Assembly (NCBI GenBank): GCA_022711115.1
Contig: JAKLFP010000005.1
Location: 136,572-200,571 of the forward strand
DNA length: 64,000 bases
Direction of reading: 5' to 3'
Origin: Candidatus Omnitrophota bacterium
GTDB taxonomy: Bacteria > Omnitrophota > Omnitrophia > Omnitrophales > Aquincolibacteriaceae
This document shows, one piece after another, positions 19,855-30,908 of the stretch (its first letter is position 1; every line of letters begins with the position of its first letter). Made by a program: the position numbers and the translations under genes. A model generated the notes under the pieces. The model saw only the letters and a program-made list of their open reading frames with translations, did not search any database and was not told the origin of the DNA.

Positions 19855-20460
19855 ATGAAACAACTACTCGTTCTTTCGTTGTGTTTTTTTACAGCCGGAT
19901 GTGCAACCCATGTTGCTAAGGAAATACCAACCAATACCAAAAGTATGGCATCTGTCCCTCCAATAGTAGTCTCTGAACCTCGAAAGGAAACAAGCATCGT
20001 GAAGATTAAAATCGAAACTTCTCTGGGAGATATTTACGCAGACCTTTACAAGTCCGAAGTACCGAAAACCGTTGAAAATTTTGTAACGTTAGCCAAAAAA
20101 GGTTTTTATGATGGAATTATTTTTCATCGGGTCATTCCTGGTTTTATGATCCAAACCGGGGATCCGACAGGCACGGGTATGGGCGGACCGGGTTATAAGT
20201 TCAAGGATGAATTTTCGCCTAAATTGCGGCACGATAAGACAGGTGTTCTTTCTATGGCGAATGCCGGTCCGAATACAAACGGAAGCCAATTCTTCATTAC
20301 GGAAGTACCCACGCCTTATTTAGATGACCGCCACTCTGTGTTCGGTCAGGTGACCCAGGGTATGGATGTGGTCAATAAGATCGCCAGAGTTCCTCGTGAC
20401 GGCCAGGACAGGCCCAAACAGGATGTCGCCATGACGAAGGTGACGATCATCGAGGAGTAA
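19855..20460 (+). CDS. ppiA: Cyclophilin-type peptidyl-prolyl cis-trans isomerase, lipoprotein
   Basis: The FTAGC lipobox follows a signal peptide, and the [15 protein letters not shown] and NGSQFFIT cyclophilin motifs are present. The start at 19855 (MKQLL) is preferred over 19804. Confidence 0.85.
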   Translation: MKQLLVLSLCFFTAGCATHVAKEIPTNTKSMASVPPIVVSEPRKETSIVKIKIETSLGDIYADLYKSEVPKTVENFVTLAKKGFYDGIIFHRVIPGFMIQTGDPTGTGMGGPGYKFKDEFSPKLRHDKTGVLSMANAGPNTNGSQFFITEVPTPYLDDRHSVFGQVTQGMDVVNKIARVPRDGQDRPKQDVAMTKVTIIEE

Positions 20461-20483
20461 ATCTCTTCTTCTAAACGGGAGAC

Positions 20484-21737
20484 ATGGCTGTCCGTATGCA
20501 TGATACAGTTTGGGACGTGATGGTCGTTGGTGCCGGCCCGGCCGGGCTCATGGCCGCGATCACTTGTGCCAGAGGTTCGCTTCGGGTTCTTGTTCTCGAG
20601 GCTAAAGAAAAGATCGGAGCCAAACTCCTGATTTCAGGCGGTGGACGTTGTAACATCACAAACCTGAAAGTCAGCGAACGGGATTATCAGAGCGGCCAGT
20701 CTCGTACTGTCAGAAATATCCTCAGAGCATTTCCTCCCGAACGGGCTCTGGATTTCTTTAAGGAGCTGGGTGTGACAATGGTTCTGGAAGAGGGAACGAA
20801 ATTCTTTCCGAAGGACCAATCTGCGAAGACGGTTCTCAATGCCTTGCTTCAGGAAGCGGATCGCTGTGGCGTGCATATGGAGAGATCGAGAAAAGTCAAC
20901 AGCATCTCCTGTCATCAAAACCTTTTTCAGGTGCAAGGAAACGGTTTTCAATATAACTCAAAAACAGTTATCATGGCCACCGGTGGACTTTCTTATCCCG
21001 GAACTGGCAGTGATGGTACGGGCTATGAGTTGGCAAAAAAATTCAGGCACAAAATCGTTTCAACCATTCCCGCATTGACTCCACTCACGACGGATGATCC
21101 TGATTGGAAAAGTCTTTCGGGGATTACGTTGCCGGTCATTTTAATGCTTGAAGTCAACAATCAAGAAATAGCATCGAGTGCGGGCCCTGTGCTTTTTACG
21201 CATAGGGGATTCAGCGGGCCTGCGGTGCTGGATATCAGCGGTGCCTGGCTTCGGTGCCATGCAAAAGAAAAAAAGCTTCGGGTAAATTTTTTACCGGAAA
21301 AAAATGAGACGGCATTACGCCGGGAATTCATAGAAGCTTTGAAGGAGCATCCTAAGTGGAGTTGGAAACGCTTTCTTGCTCTTTATTTCCCTGACAGATT
21401 AGTCGAAGTGCTTCTGCGTAAGCTGGATATGCCTCCTGGCTTGCAGATTATCCACACCTCAAAAGAGGAAAGAGAAGATCTCTTGAAAGGCCTGCTCCAT
21501 TTTTCGTTGCAAGTGACGGGATCATTGGGTTATGAAAAAGCGGAAGTGACGTCCGGTGGGGTGGATCTCGCGGAAGTGGATAGCAAAACGCTTGAGTCCA
21601 AGCGGTGCCCCGGGCTTTTTTTCGCGGGAGAGATCTTGGATGTGGACGGACGGATCGGGGGATTCAATTTTCAGTGGGCTTGGGCAAGTGGGTTTGTGAC
21701 AGGAATGACGATTTCAAAGAAACGGGGTTCCCCTTAA
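20484..21737 (+). CDS. HI0933/BaiN-family NAD(P)/FAD-dependent flavoprotein
   Basis: The GAGPAG dinucleotide-binding motif and the GGGRCNITN motif are present. The length of 417 aa is typical of the family. Confidence 0.8.
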   Translation: MAVRMHDTVWDVMVVGAGPAGLMAAITCARGSLRVLVLEAKEKIGAKLLISGGGRCNITNLKVSERDYQSGQSRTVRNILRAFPPERALDFFKELGVTMVLEEGTKFFPKDQSAKTVLNALLQEADRCGVHMERSRKVNSISCHQNLFQVQGNGFQYNSKTVIMATGGLSYPGTGSDGTGYELAKKFRHKIVSTIPALTPLTTDDPDWKSLSGITLPVILMLEVNNQEIASSAGPVLFTHRGFSGPAVLDISGAWLRCHAKEKKLRVNFLPEKNETALRREFIEALKEHPKWSWKRFLALYFPDRLVEVLLRKLDMPPGLQIIHTSKEEREDLLKGLLHFSLQVTGSLGYEKAEVTSGGVDLAEVDSKTLESKRCPGLFFAGEILDVDGRIGGFNFQWAWASGFVTGMTISKKRGSP

Positions 21738-21852
21738 GTGAAAAATTTTTTTTGCCGTTATCTAAACAATAATTCTATAGCCATGCCGTGCTTTTACGGC
21801 TAAAGTATTGGCTCTTGAAGCGATTTAATTTTATGAAAATATTAGTGACGCT

Positions 21853-23277
21853 GTGAGGATGGATATGAAAAAAAATCTTTTCCTTTTTCTTGTTTTTCTT
21901 TCTATTTTTTCAACTGCTTGGGCAGAGGAAGATCTTCCGCCGCTTCCGAAAGGGCCGTTGCTTTTAACGAGCGCGACGCCTGCGATGCAGGAACCGGAAT
22001 ACTGGATCAAAAGGATCCCGAATGCGGAAAAACCTATTAAAACGTTCGAGCAATTGAAGCATTTTAATGATGAAATCCGCGCCTTGATCAACGAATGTGT
22101 GGATGTTTTTAAACTGGACAGGGTTCGACCGGGAAAACAAATCACGGATACCCTCAAACTCGAATTTGATACGATCCGGAACCGGAAGCTTTTCGGAGTG
22201 GATGATAAGTATATCAAGAAGGATTTTTTCGACGAAGAAATCAAGCCGCTTGTCCAGATTGATAAAGTTCCGGAAAGAATCAAAATGAAGTGGGGTGTTA
22301 CGACGCGCGCGACCTCGGTGCGCGCATTGCCCGTGGATGTCAAAATGCTTGAAGAAAAAGGCGATGTCGAATTCGATCAGCTGCAGTTTACATTGATCAA
22401 ACTTTGGACGCCTGTCGGAATTTTTCACAAGTCGAGTGATGGAAAATGGTTATATGTCCAGGCGCCCTATGTCCGCGGCTGGGTGAGAGCGAAAGATATA
22501 GCCCTATTTCCGGAGCGGGAGGATATCAAGAAGTATCTCCGGGCGGGGCATTTTTTAGTGGTGACGGGCGAAAGCATTCGCGTCTATCGGGACATGGCGC
22601 TCCAGGAAATGATTTATCGTCCTACCATGGGAACTTTGATCCCGCTTGTGGCTTCAGCGCAAAAAGCCGAACAGAAATCAGAGGGGATCTCATCCGTAAA
22701 ATCTGCCGGACCTTACACGGTTTGGATGCCTTTTCGCAAGGATGACGGTAGCGTAGGACTGATGAAAGGTTATGTCAGCCGGAAAAGTGATGTGACCAAA
22801 GGTTATCCCGTTTACAGTCAAGCGAATCTGATCCGCCAAGCTTTTAAACTTTTGGGAGCAAGGTACGGATGGGGCGGCCAATATAACGGGCGTGATTGTT
22901 CGGGATTCGTGCATGATGTTTTTTTGAGTCTGGGAGTAGATTTGCCCCGGGATTCCAAACAGCAAGCTTTGGTGGGGACACAGCTTGGATTTTTCCAGCC
23001 TTTTCAGGATGATGCTGAGAAAAAAGCTGTTTTAAAAGCCGCGCGTCCGGGGATCACACTGCTTAAGATGCCGCACCACCAGATGATGTATCTCGGTACG
23101 GTAAATGACCAGTTTTATGTGATTCATTCGACATGGGCTGAGCGAACAGGCCCGGATAAGCAGTTGGATGAAAAGCGGAGGATCAATCAGGTGGTTGTTT
23201 CTGACCTTGAGTTAAACGGTCGTTCGTATGTCGGTTCTCTTTTTGATAGGATTATTTCCATGAATGAGGTCGATTAA
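21853..23277 (+). CDS. Secreted NlpC/P60-family peptidoglycan hydrolase with N-terminal SH3-like region
   Basis: A signal peptide is present. The C-terminal catalytic Cys/His lies in YGWGG...DCSGFVHDVF...H. Confidence 0.75.
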   Translation: MRMDMKKNLFLFLVFLSIFSTAWAEEDLPPLPKGPLLLTSATPAMQEPEYWIKRIPNAEKPIKTFEQLKHFNDEIRALINECVDVFKLDRVRPGKQITDTLKLEFDTIRNRKLFGVDDKYIKKDFFDEEIKPLVQIDKVPERIKMKWGVTTRATSVRALPVDVKMLEEKGDVEFDQLQFTLIKLWTPVGIFHKSSDGKWLYVQAPYVRGWVRAKDIALFPEREDIKKYLRAGHFLVVTGESIRVYRDMALQEMIYRPTMGTLIPLVASAQKAEQKSEGISSVKSAGPYTVWMPFRKDDGSVGLMKGYVSRKSDVTKGYPVYSQANLIRQAFKLLGARYGWGGQYNGRDCSGFVHDVFLSLGVDLPRDSKQQALVGTQLGFFQPFQDDAEKKAVLKAARPGITLLKMPHHQMMYLGTVNDQFYVIHSTWAERTGPDKQLDEKRRINQVVVSDLELNGRSYVGSLFDRIISMNEVD

Positions 23278-23860
23278 AATGATGGGAAAAAGATTTTTCA
23301 TATTTTTAATGCTGCTTTTGATGCTATTTCCCGTGTGCCTTGTTCATGCCGAAAAATTTGAATCGGAAGAAAAAAAATTTTCTATCGAACCGCCTGCGGA
23401 GTGGATGCAGTTACCGCTTGGCTATGAAAGCGTGGCAGTCTCCTATGGGAAAAAAGGGACTTTGGCTACTTTTCATATCTCGGCACGAGACCTTGAAGAC
23501 GGCAAAACGCTGGAGTCCCTTAAATGGGAAGATCTTTTTAGCCCGGAATTCAATTCCATTGATATCCATACACAAGGTGTGACAATGATTGGCGGTAAAA
23601 AGGCCAGGTTTTGTATCTATTCGCTGAAGCCCGGTGCCTTCAAAACAAAAATGGAAGGAAAACTAGCGGGCAAGTACATGAACGGCATTCTGATTCATAA
23701 TCAAGAGCTTTATTCCATTACCTTTAAAGATACGGAAGACGGATTCAGCATGAATTACCCATCCTATATGGCCGCAATTCGAACACTCCGGTTCAGTGAA
23801 CCATCTCAACCTATGTCGGGAGGACCCCATGACCTTCCAGGAACTTCTTCAAGCAATTAA
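23264..23860 (+). CDS. Hypothetical secreted protein
   Basis: An N-terminal signal peptide is present (MMGKRFFIFLMLLLMLFPVCLVHA). No other motifs were recognised. Confidence 0.5.
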   Translation: MRSIKMMGKRFFIFLMLLLMLFPVCLVHAEKFESEEKKFSIEPPAEWMQLPLGYESVAVSYGKKGTLATFHISARDLEDGKTLESLKWEDLFSPEFNSIDIHTQGVTMIGGKKARFCIYSLKPGAFKTKMEGKLAGKYMNGILIHNQELYSITFKDTEDGFSMNYPSYMAAIRTLRFSEPSQPMSGGPHDLPGTSSSN

Positions 23861-24155
23861 GTCATTTAAAAACGAAGAAAACCGAGCTTTTACGGACGAC
23901 TACTTGGAAGTTGTTATCGCCAAAAGTAAAATTCAGCAGTACCAAACGGTTCTTGAAACTTTCTTTGGTTTGCCGCTGAAGCCTGAAGGTCAGGCGCCTT
24001 CTCCGGAGGCGAATCTGCATGCAAAAGCCTACGGTGGCATCCATGATAATCAAACTATGTACTTGCGGAAAGACAACGGAACGACAGCGCTCGCATTTTT
24101 ATGGCCTTGGGGAAACGGTTCGCTTGTGACGCTGAAGGTCTTTTCGGAAAAGTAA
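23829..24155 (+). CDS. Hypothetical protein
   Basis: A GGGAGGA Shine-Dalgarno lies 6 nt upstream of ATG 23829. The ORF-track start at 23796 would overlap the upstream gene more extensively. Confidence 0.45.
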   Translation: MTFQELLQAIKSFKNEENRAFTDDYLEVVIAKSKIQQYQTVLETFFGLPLKPEGQAPSPEANLHAKAYGGIHDNQTMYLRKDNGTTALAFLWPWGNGSLVTLKVFSEK

Positions 24156-24215
24156 GCGCCTATCAAAGGTCCTTTTTGCTGAATTATCGGACCCAACGAC
24201 ATGTCTGCTGTGTTC

Positions 24216-24248
24216 ATCCTCTACGGAAAGAGGATATTTTTTTTGATT
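24216..24248 (+). terminator. Intrinsic terminator
   Basis: A hairpin pairs ATCCTCT with AGAGGAT across the loop ACGGAA and is followed by 8 T. Confidence 0.6.
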
Positions 24249-24308
24249 TAAACTGGACAAAATTAGTCTGGTTTGGTAAGCTTACCCTAATGAGCATCGA
24301 GGTTTAAA

Positions 24309-24773
24309 ATGAAATTTACGAGTAAGACAGAGTATGGGGTTCTTTGCCTGGCGCACATGGCAAAAAAGGCCTGGCCCGATTCCGTGACGGTCAAGGAGAT
24401 CTCAGGGGAGGAAGGTTTTTCTACAACGTTTACGGAGAAAATTCTTCAAAATCTTCGTCGATCCGGGATTGTCACTTCCCAACAAGGAAATCGTGGCGGG
24501 TGGATGCTGACGCGGCCGCCTGCAGAGATCAATCTGAAGGAAATTATTGAGGCTCTTGAGGGAAGCACCTTTGAGGTTTTTTGTGCACCGAAGCGCCGGA
24601 GAAATATTGTTTGCACGCATTTTTCTTTGTGCAAGCTTAAACCAATTTGGTATAAAACACAAAAGACCCTGGATGATCTTTACCAGACCATTACGCTCGA
24701 AATGATTGCCGAGGATGTCACCCATCACGGAGCCAAACCGGAGCTTGTTCCCAGTGCGAGAGGCAAAAGATGA
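24309..24773 (+). CDS. iscR: Rrf2-family regulator (IscR-like), first gene of the suf operon
   Basis: The N-terminal helix-turn-helix has the Rrf2 pattern ([11 protein letters not shown]). Cys residues at C92/C101/C107-equivalent positions are present. It is 3 nt upstream of sufB. Confidence 0.8.
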   Translation: MKFTSKTEYGVLCLAHMAKKAWPDSVTVKEISGEEGFSTTFTEKILQNLRRSGIVTSQQGNRGGWMLTRPPAEINLKEIIEALEGSTFEVFCAPKRRRNIVCTHFSLCKLKPIWYKTQKTLDDLYQTITLEMIAEDVTHHGAKPELVPSARGKR

Positions 24774-26206
24774 CAGATCCCGAATCGTTTCTCAAAAAAG
24801 AATATCCTTATGGGTTTGTAACCCCCATCGAGTCTGACACCGCGCCGCGCGGATTGAATGAGGATATCATCCGCTTTATTTCCAAGAAGAAAAATGAACC
24901 GGAATTCCTTTTCGAGTGGAGGCTTAAGGCTTATCGGGCATGGCTTAAGATGAAGGAACCTCATTGGGCGAATGTCGAGTATCCGGCTATCGATTATCAG
25001 GATATGATTTATTATTCGGCGCCTAAACAAAAAAAGGATGGACCTAAAAGCCTCGAAGAAGTGGATCAAGAAATCCTCCGGACCTACGAGAAATTGGGGA
25101 TCCCATTGGAAGAGCAGAAGCGTCTGGCCGGTGTGGCCGTGGACGCTGTGTTTGACAGCGTTTCCGTGGCCACGACTTTCAAGGAAAAACTCAAGGAATT
25201 CGGGATTGTTTTTTGTTCTTTTTCGGAAGCGGTTCAGCATCATCCGGACCTTGTGAAAAAATATCTCGGTTTGGTGGTGCCGCCGACGGATAATTTTTTT
25301 GCCGCGCTGAATGCCGCAGTTTTTAGCGACGGGTCTTTCTGCTATATCCCGAAAGGGGTCCGCTGTCCGATGGAGCTTTCGACTTATTTTCGCATCAATG
25401 CGGCAGATACCGGGCAGTTCGAACGTACATTGATCGTAGCGGACGAAGGGAGTTCCGTCAGTTATCTGGAAGGTTGTACGGCTCCGATTCGTGATAAAAA
25501 CCAGCTTCATGCGGCCGTGGTCGAACTTGTGGCGCATGAACGTGCCCAGATCAAATATTCGACGGTTCAAAACTGGTATGCCGGAGACAAGGATGGAAAA
25601 GGCGGGATCTATAATTTTGTGACGAAGCGCGGGCTTTGCCAGGGTTCGCATTCCAAAATCTCCTGGACTCAAGTTGAAACCGGTTCCTCGATCACATGGA
25701 AATACCCGAGCTGTATTTTGAAAGGGGATTATTCGACCGGAGAGTTTTATTCCGTGGCCGTAGTCAACAATCGCCAGCAGGCAGATACGGGCACCAAAAT
25801 GATTCATCTTGGGAAAAACACTAAAAGTACGATTATTTCCAAAGGGATCTCCGCAAGGTTTGGAAAAAATACTTATCGCGGGCTGGTGCGAATCACCCCT
25901 GGTGCAAAGGGTTCACGCAATTACACGCAGTGCGATTCGCTTTTGATGGGTGATCAGTGCGCGGCGGATACTTTTCCGTCCATTGAGGTGAACAATCGGA
26001 CATCGCAGGCGGAGCATGAGGCAACGACTTCCAAGATCAATGAGGATCAGCTTTTTTACTGTAAACAGCGCGGAATGTCCGAAGAAAATGCTATCTCCAT
26101 GATCGTTCATGGTTTCTGCAAAGAAGTTTTCAAGAATCTCCCTATGGAATTCGCGGTCGAAGCCTCACGACTTTTAGGTGTGAGTCTTGAGGGCAGTGTG
26201 GGTTAA
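24770..26206 (+). CDS. sufB: Fe-S cluster assembly protein SufB
   Basis: Full-length SufB/SufD-family beta-helix protein of 478 aa with conserved Cys. Confidence 0.9.
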   Translation: MTDPESFLKKEYPYGFVTPIESDTAPRGLNEDIIRFISKKKNEPEFLFEWRLKAYRAWLKMKEPHWANVEYPAIDYQDMIYYSAPKQKKDGPKSLEEVDQEILRTYEKLGIPLEEQKRLAGVAVDAVFDSVSVATTFKEKLKEFGIVFCSFSEAVQHHPDLVKKYLGLVVPPTDNFFAALNAAVFSDGSFCYIPKGVRCPMELSTYFRINAADTGQFERTLIVADEGSSVSYLEGCTAPIRDKNQLHAAVVELVAHERAQIKYSTVQNWYAGDKDGKGGIYNFVTKRGLCQGSHSKISWTQVETGSSITWKYPSCILKGDYSTGEFYSVAVVNNRQQADTGTKMIHLGKNTKSTIISKGISARFGKNTYRGLVRITPGAKGSRNYTQCDSLLMGDQCAADTFPSIEVNNRTSQAEHEATTSKINEDQLFYCKQRGMSEENAISMIVHGFCKEVFKNLPMEFAVEASRLLGVSLEGSVG

Positions 26207-26284
26207 TACCATTTCACGCACCCGGTGTGTGATGTGGGGTACCATAGGGCATACCGGGTGTGTGAAAGAGGTTGGAGGAAAGTT

Positions 26285-27025
26285 ATGCTGGAAATAAAAA
26301 ATTTACATGTAAGTGTTGGAGATGTGGAAATCCTCAAAGGCATCGATTTGAAAGTTGAGGGCGGAGAAGTTCATGCCGTAATGGGGCCGAACGGCTCCGG
26401 GAAAAGTACACTGACACGCGTTTTGGCTGGTCATCCAGCCTATGTCGTGACCGAAGGTCATGTGACTTATGAAGGGAAAAATCTTTTGGATCTCTCCGTC
26501 GAGGATCGTGCGCGTCAGGGCGTCTTTCTTGCTTTTCAGTATCCCATTGATATCCCGGGTGTGAATAACGCTTATTTTCTCAAAACGGCTGTCAACGAAA
26601 TCCGGAAAGCCAAAGGGCTGGAGGAACTGGATGCTATGGAATTTCTGGAATTCCTCAAAGAGAAAATGAAAATCGTGGAAATGGATGAAGGATTTTTGAA
26701 CCGTCCGGTGAATGAAGGTTTTTCGGGAGGCGAGAAAAAACGCAACGAAATCCTTCAAATGGCGGTTTTGAATCCCAAACTGGCGATCCTGGATGAAACG
26801 GATTCCGGTTTGGATATCGACGCTTTAAAGATCGTTTCAGAGGGAGTGAATCGGCTTCGCCGTCCGGACCGCTCTATCATTCTCGTAACCCATTATCAGA
26901 GGATGCTCAATTACATTACACCTGATTTTGTACATGTGCTGATGGGGGGCAAGATCGTGAAATCCGGTGGAAAGGATCTCGCGCTGCAACTGGAGGCGAA
27001 AGGTTATGAATGGATGAAGGATTAG
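26285..27025 (+). CDS. sufC: Fe-S cluster assembly ATPase SufC
   Basis: The Walker A motif GPNGSGKST, the ABC signature LSGGEKKR and the Walker B motif ILDETDSGLD are present. The start at 26285 (MLEIKNL) is preferred. Confidence 0.9.
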   Translation: MLEIKNLHVSVGDVEILKGIDLKVEGGEVHAVMGPNGSGKSTLTRVLAGHPAYVVTEGHVTYEGKNLLDLSVEDRARQGVFLAFQYPIDIPGVNNAYFLKTAVNEIRKAKGLEELDAMEFLEFLKEKMKIVEMDEGFLNRPVNEGFSGGEKKRNEILQMAVLNPKLAILDETDSGLDIDALKIVSEGVNRLRRPDRSIILVTHYQRMLNYITPDFVHVLMGGKIVKSGGKDLALQLEAKGYEWMKD

Positions 27026-27038
27026 GTGGGGAATATTT

Positions 27039-28367
27039 ATGACGGAACTGGCTGGGACAAAACAATATTTAGATGCTTTTGAGCATTTTAGGGGGCATTT
27101 AAAAGAAGAACCTTCATGGCTTCGGGAAATGCGGGTCGAGGCAATCGCGCACTTTGCCGAACAAGGATTTCCAAGCACCCGACAGGACGCATGGCGTTAT
27201 ACCGATATGGCAAAGGTTCGTGATTCGGAGATTGCTTTTGACCCTGTCTCGGATGCCTCTGCCTATGGAGAGATCAAGAAATTTAAGCAAACGCACAAAG
27301 GATTTTTCCTCTTTTTCATTAATGGACAATATGCGGAAAATTATTCTTCAATTCCCCAGGGTGTTCGGGTTCTCGGGCTTCGGGAAGCCGCCGCTTCGGA
27401 GGAGAAGCTTTTAAAAAAATATTTTTTTTGTAAAACATCCGAAATCAAGCGTGATGCCTTTGAGGCCCTCAATGAAGCTTTTTTTGACCGGGGTATTTTT
27501 ATTCATGTTTCCGAACGGAAAAAGCTGGTGGAGCAAATTCATATCGTATCCATAGCGGCTTCCGACAACGATCAGGTTTTTTTAACACCGCGGGTTCTAG
27601 CTTTGGTGGGACGCGACAGTCAGGCAACTTTTGTGGAAAGCTATGTGGCGGGCAATGACCGGCCTTATTTCACCAATGCCTTTGCGGAGATTTTTTTAGA
27701 TGAGGACGCGATACTGGAGCATTTTAAAATCCAGCAGGAGGGCAAAAATGCTTTTCATGTAGCGAAAAAACACATCCGTCAGGCGGGTGGCAGTAGTTTT
27801 GCTTCCATGACCTTATCACTTGGAGCTAGGCTGATGCGGGATGAATCTCGTGTGGAGCTTGCGGGGCCAGAGGCACAAAGCCATTTGAAAGGTCTTTATC
27901 TTGCAGAACAGGAGCAGCTTCTTGATCACCACCTTTTTATGGACCATCAGCAGCCGTCCTGCAGGAGCAGGCAGCTTTTTAAAGGAATTTTGTCGGGAAA
28001 TTCGAGGGGTGTCTTTAGCGGGAAAATTCTTGTTCGGCGAGGGGCTCAGCAAACTGACGCGCAGCAGACGAATAGGAATCTCTTTCTTTCGGACGGCGCA
28101 AAAGTGGACACGCAACCGCAGTTGGAGATTCTTGCGGATGATGTAAAATGTAGCCATGGGGCTGCGGTGGGTCGCCTGGAAGAAGATTCGGTTTTTTATC
28201 TGAAGTCTCGCGGGATCAGTGAAAAGAAAGCAAACTATATGTTAGCCCAGGGATTTGCTCAAGAGATGATCCGGGATATCGCGCCAGGTTCCTTTGAGGA
28301 TCTATTGGTGCGTTTCGTGAACGAGAAATTGGAAAAACAATTTGCCGATTTTGAGGATCCAAAATGA
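27039..28367 (+). CDS. sufD: Fe-S cluster assembly protein SufD
   Basis: SufB/SufD family. It sits between sufC and sufS, as in the canonical operon. Confidence 0.85.
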   Translation: MTELAGTKQYLDAFEHFRGHLKEEPSWLREMRVEAIAHFAEQGFPSTRQDAWRYTDMAKVRDSEIAFDPVSDASAYGEIKKFKQTHKGFFLFFINGQYAENYSSIPQGVRVLGLREAAASEEKLLKKYFFCKTSEIKRDAFEALNEAFFDRGIFIHVSERKKLVEQIHIVSIAASDNDQVFLTPRVLALVGRDSQATFVESYVAGNDRPYFTNAFAEIFLDEDAILEHFKIQQEGKNAFHVAKKHIRQAGGSSFASMTLSLGARLMRDESRVELAGPEAQSHLKGLYLAEQEQLLDHHLFMDHQQPSCRSRQLFKGILSGNSRGVFSGKILVRRGAQQTDAQQTNRNLFLSDGAKVDTQPQLEILADDVKCSHGAAVGRLEEDSVFYLKSRGISEKKANYMLAQGFAQEMIRDIAPGSFEDLLVRFVNEKLEKQFADFEDPK

Positions 28368-29608
28368 ATGCTTCTATAAATCAGCAATCAACATGGAATG
28401 TGCAAAAAATCCGTCAGGATTTTCCGTTGCTTCAAGAACAAGTATACGGAAAGCCGCTTGTTTATTTAGACAATGCAGCGACGACTCAGAAGCCAGCAGT
28501 TGTGATCGAGACGATCGGACAGTTTTATGCTAAGGAGAACGCGAATATTCATCGCGGGATATTCTGTTTAAGCGAGCAGGCGACTAAGCGTTACAAAAGT
28601 GCCCGGCATAAAATCCAGGAATTTATTCATGCATCTTCCGATAAAGAAATTATTTTTGTGCGCGGAGCCACAGAAGCGATCAACCTTGTGGCGCAATGCT
28701 ATGGGAAGTCTTTTCTCAAGCGGGGGGATGAGGTGCTCATTACCCATATGGAACATCATTCCAACATTGTTCCCTGGCAAATGCTAGCGGAAACGAACGG
28801 TATCAAACTCACAGTCGTTCCCATCAATGATCATGGGGAGCTTATGATGGAGGAGTTTCAGAAGCTTCTGACGGACAAAGTGAAATTGGTCTCTGTCGTC
28901 CATGTCTCAAATGCCCTGGGGACCATGAATCCCGTCAAGGAAATCATCAATGCCGCACATGGAAAAGGAATTCCTGTGCTGGTGGATGGGGCGCAGGCTG
29001 TGGCTCACACGAGAGTGGATGTTCAGGAATTAGACTGCGATTTTTATGCGTTTTCGGGGCATAAGCTCTTGGGGCCGACTGGGATCGGTGTGCTATACGG
29101 GAAGAAAAACCTGCTTGAGAAAATGCCTCCTTATCAGGGCGGAGGCGATATGATTCGTTCCGTGACGTTTGAGAAAACAACTTACAATGATTTGCCTTAC
29201 AAATTTGAAGCCGGGACGCCGCATATCGCGGGCGTGATCGGGCTCGGCACGGCTGTGGAATATATCCAGTCGATCGGGCTGGACAGGATCGAAGCTTATG
29301 AACAGGAACTTCTCAAATATGGAACAGAAAAGCTTTTGCAGGTGCCGGGTCTCAGGATGATCGGGACCGCTGCAAAAAAATCCGCGATCCTTTCCTTTGT
29401 CCTCGGGGAAGCGCATGCCCATGATATCGGTACTATCCTGGACCGGCAGGGGATCGCGATCCGCGCGGGACATCACTGCGCGATGCCGGTAATGCAGCGG
29501 TTCAAAGTGCCGGCAACGACACGCGCCTCGTTGGCTTTTTATAATACCTTTCAGGAAATAGACCGTCTCGCAGAAGCTCTGCGGGAAGTGATTGAGGTGT
29601 TCAAGTGA
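28364..29608 (+). CDS. sufS: Cysteine desulfurase SufS
   Basis: The PLP lysine lies in SGHKLLGPTGIGVLYG, and the catalytic Cys-loop RAGHHCAMP is present. Confidence 0.9.
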   Translation: MNASINQQSTWNVQKIRQDFPLLQEQVYGKPLVYLDNAATTQKPAVVIETIGQFYAKENANIHRGIFCLSEQATKRYKSARHKIQEFIHASSDKEIIFVRGATEAINLVAQCYGKSFLKRGDEVLITHMEHHSNIVPWQMLAETNGIKLTVVPINDHGELMMEEFQKLLTDKVKLVSVVHVSNALGTMNPVKEIINAAHGKGIPVLVDGAQAVAHTRVDVQELDCDFYAFSGHKLLGPTGIGVLYGKKNLLEKMPPYQGGGDMIRSVTFEKTTYNDLPYKFEAGTPHIAGVIGLGTAVEYIQSIGLDRIEAYEQELLKYGTEKLLQVPGLRMIGTAAKKSAILSFVLGEAHAHDIGTILDRQGIAIRAGHHCAMPVMQRFKVPATTRASLAFYNTFQEIDRLAEALREVIEVFK

Positions 29609-30063
29609 ACGGTGACATCCGGGAACTTTATCAGCAGATGATCATGGACCACAATAAAAGCCCGCGGAATTTCCACCCTCTAGAAAATGCGGACCGCATT
29701 GCGGAAGGATATAACCCGCTTTGCGGCGATCATTTTAAGGTCTATGTCAAAATGGAAGGAGATGTGATTAAGGATATCAGTTTTGACGGGGCGGGCTGCG
29801 CGATCTCAAAGTCTTCGGCATCCATGATGACTACGGCGCTCAAGGGAAAAAGCAGACAGGATGCGAGGGCTCTCTTTGCAGAAGTGATCAAAATGCTTTC
29901 CCGGAAAATCGATGAGCCTTTTGATCCCGGCAAAGTTGGAAAATTGTCGATACTCGCCGGAGTGTGTGAATTTCCAACGCGTGTCAAATGTGCCTCTCTG
30001 GCATGGCATACGATGCTTGAAGGATTGGAGCCCACCGGAAAACAAGTCACCACAGAATCATGA
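29605..30063 (+). CDS. sufU: SUF system Fe-S scaffold/sulfur acceptor SufU (IscU-like)
   Basis: The NPLCGD, GAGCAIS and C-terminal Cys motifs are present. Confidence 0.8.
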   Translation: MNGDIRELYQQMIMDHNKSPRNFHPLENADRIAEGYNPLCGDHFKVYVKMEGDVIKDISFDGAGCAISKSSASMMTTALKGKSRQDARALFAEVIKMLSRKIDEPFDPGKVGKLSILAGVCEFPTRVKCASLAWHTMLEGLEPTGKQVTTES

Positions 30064-30395
30064 TGGCCGATATTCCACCTCAGGATCCTATAGAAAAGCA
30101 GGTATGGGACCAACTGCGTCTTTGCTATGACTATGAAATTCCGGTCAATATCGTGGAATTGGGTCTTATCTATGGCGTGACATTCACCGATCTGCCCGAA
30201 GGTAAACAAGCGACCATTCAAATGACGTTTACCAGCCCGATGTGCCCGATGGGGGATGTGATCAAGAAAGATATTGAGCGCCGGGTATCGGCTATTCCCC
30301 ATGTGAGAAAAGTTTTAATCGAAATCGTCTGGGATCCGCCGTGGGATCAAACAAGGATGAGTGAAGCGGCAAAGCTGCAATTAGGGCTGATGTAA
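30060..30395 (+). CDS. DUF59 / MIP18-family Fe-S assembly factor (SufT-like)
   Basis: The CYDYEIPVNIVELGLIY signature is present. Confidence 0.75.
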   Translation: MMADIPPQDPIEKQVWDQLRLCYDYEIPVNIVELGLIYGVTFTDLPEGKQATIQMTFTSPMCPMGDVIKKDIERRVSAIPHVRKVLIEIVWDPPWDQTRMSEAAKLQLGLM

Positions 30396-30518
30396 TGACC
30401 GCCACAAGCGAATAATCTACTCTTGATATCTGCTGAAAATATGATAAAACATAGTACTTTTGTCGCAAGAAATCATTTCTGAAAAACTCAGCGAAGCCGT
30501 TCTAGTGGAGGATGATTT

Positions 30519-30881
30519 ATGGATAAAAAAGAGCTCTACGAAAAGTCTGAAGTGATCATCAATGATACTTTTGAAGTGATAAAAAAGTATGCCAAGATTT
30601 TGGCTGAAAAGACGGGAGAAGCTGCCAGTATTACGAAGCTTTTGATCCGCAAGAAGACCTTGGAGTATCAGATTGCTAAGTGTTTTTCAAGGCTTGGTAA
30701 TCAGGTGTATCAGCAGATGGTACGGCAAGGAGAAGCTGTTTCGTTAAACAGTCAAGACATCCAGAAGATCGTGGACGAGGCAAAAAAGCTTGACGCAGAA
30801 TTGGCACAAGTGGAAGTGGTTTTGGAAAAGGAGCGGAAAGCCATCACCGCGAAACCCAAAACTGCCAAGCGGAAATCTTGA
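30519..30881 (+). CDS. Hypothetical coiled-coil protein
   Basis: The ORF has a charged helical composition and no recognisable motifs. Confidence 0.45.
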   Translation: MDKKELYEKSEVIINDTFEVIKKYAKILAEKTGEAASITKLLIRKKTLEYQIAKCFSRLGNQVYQQMVRQGEAVSLNSQDIQKIVDEAKKLDAELAQVEVVLEKERKAITAKPKTAKRKS

Positions 30882-30908
30882 TTTAAAAACATCCTGTATA
30901 AAGTACAT

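Noticed and set aside
24725-25807. 360-aa minus-strand ORF
   Set aside because: It is antisense to sufB. No domain signatures are present, so it is a shadow ORF.
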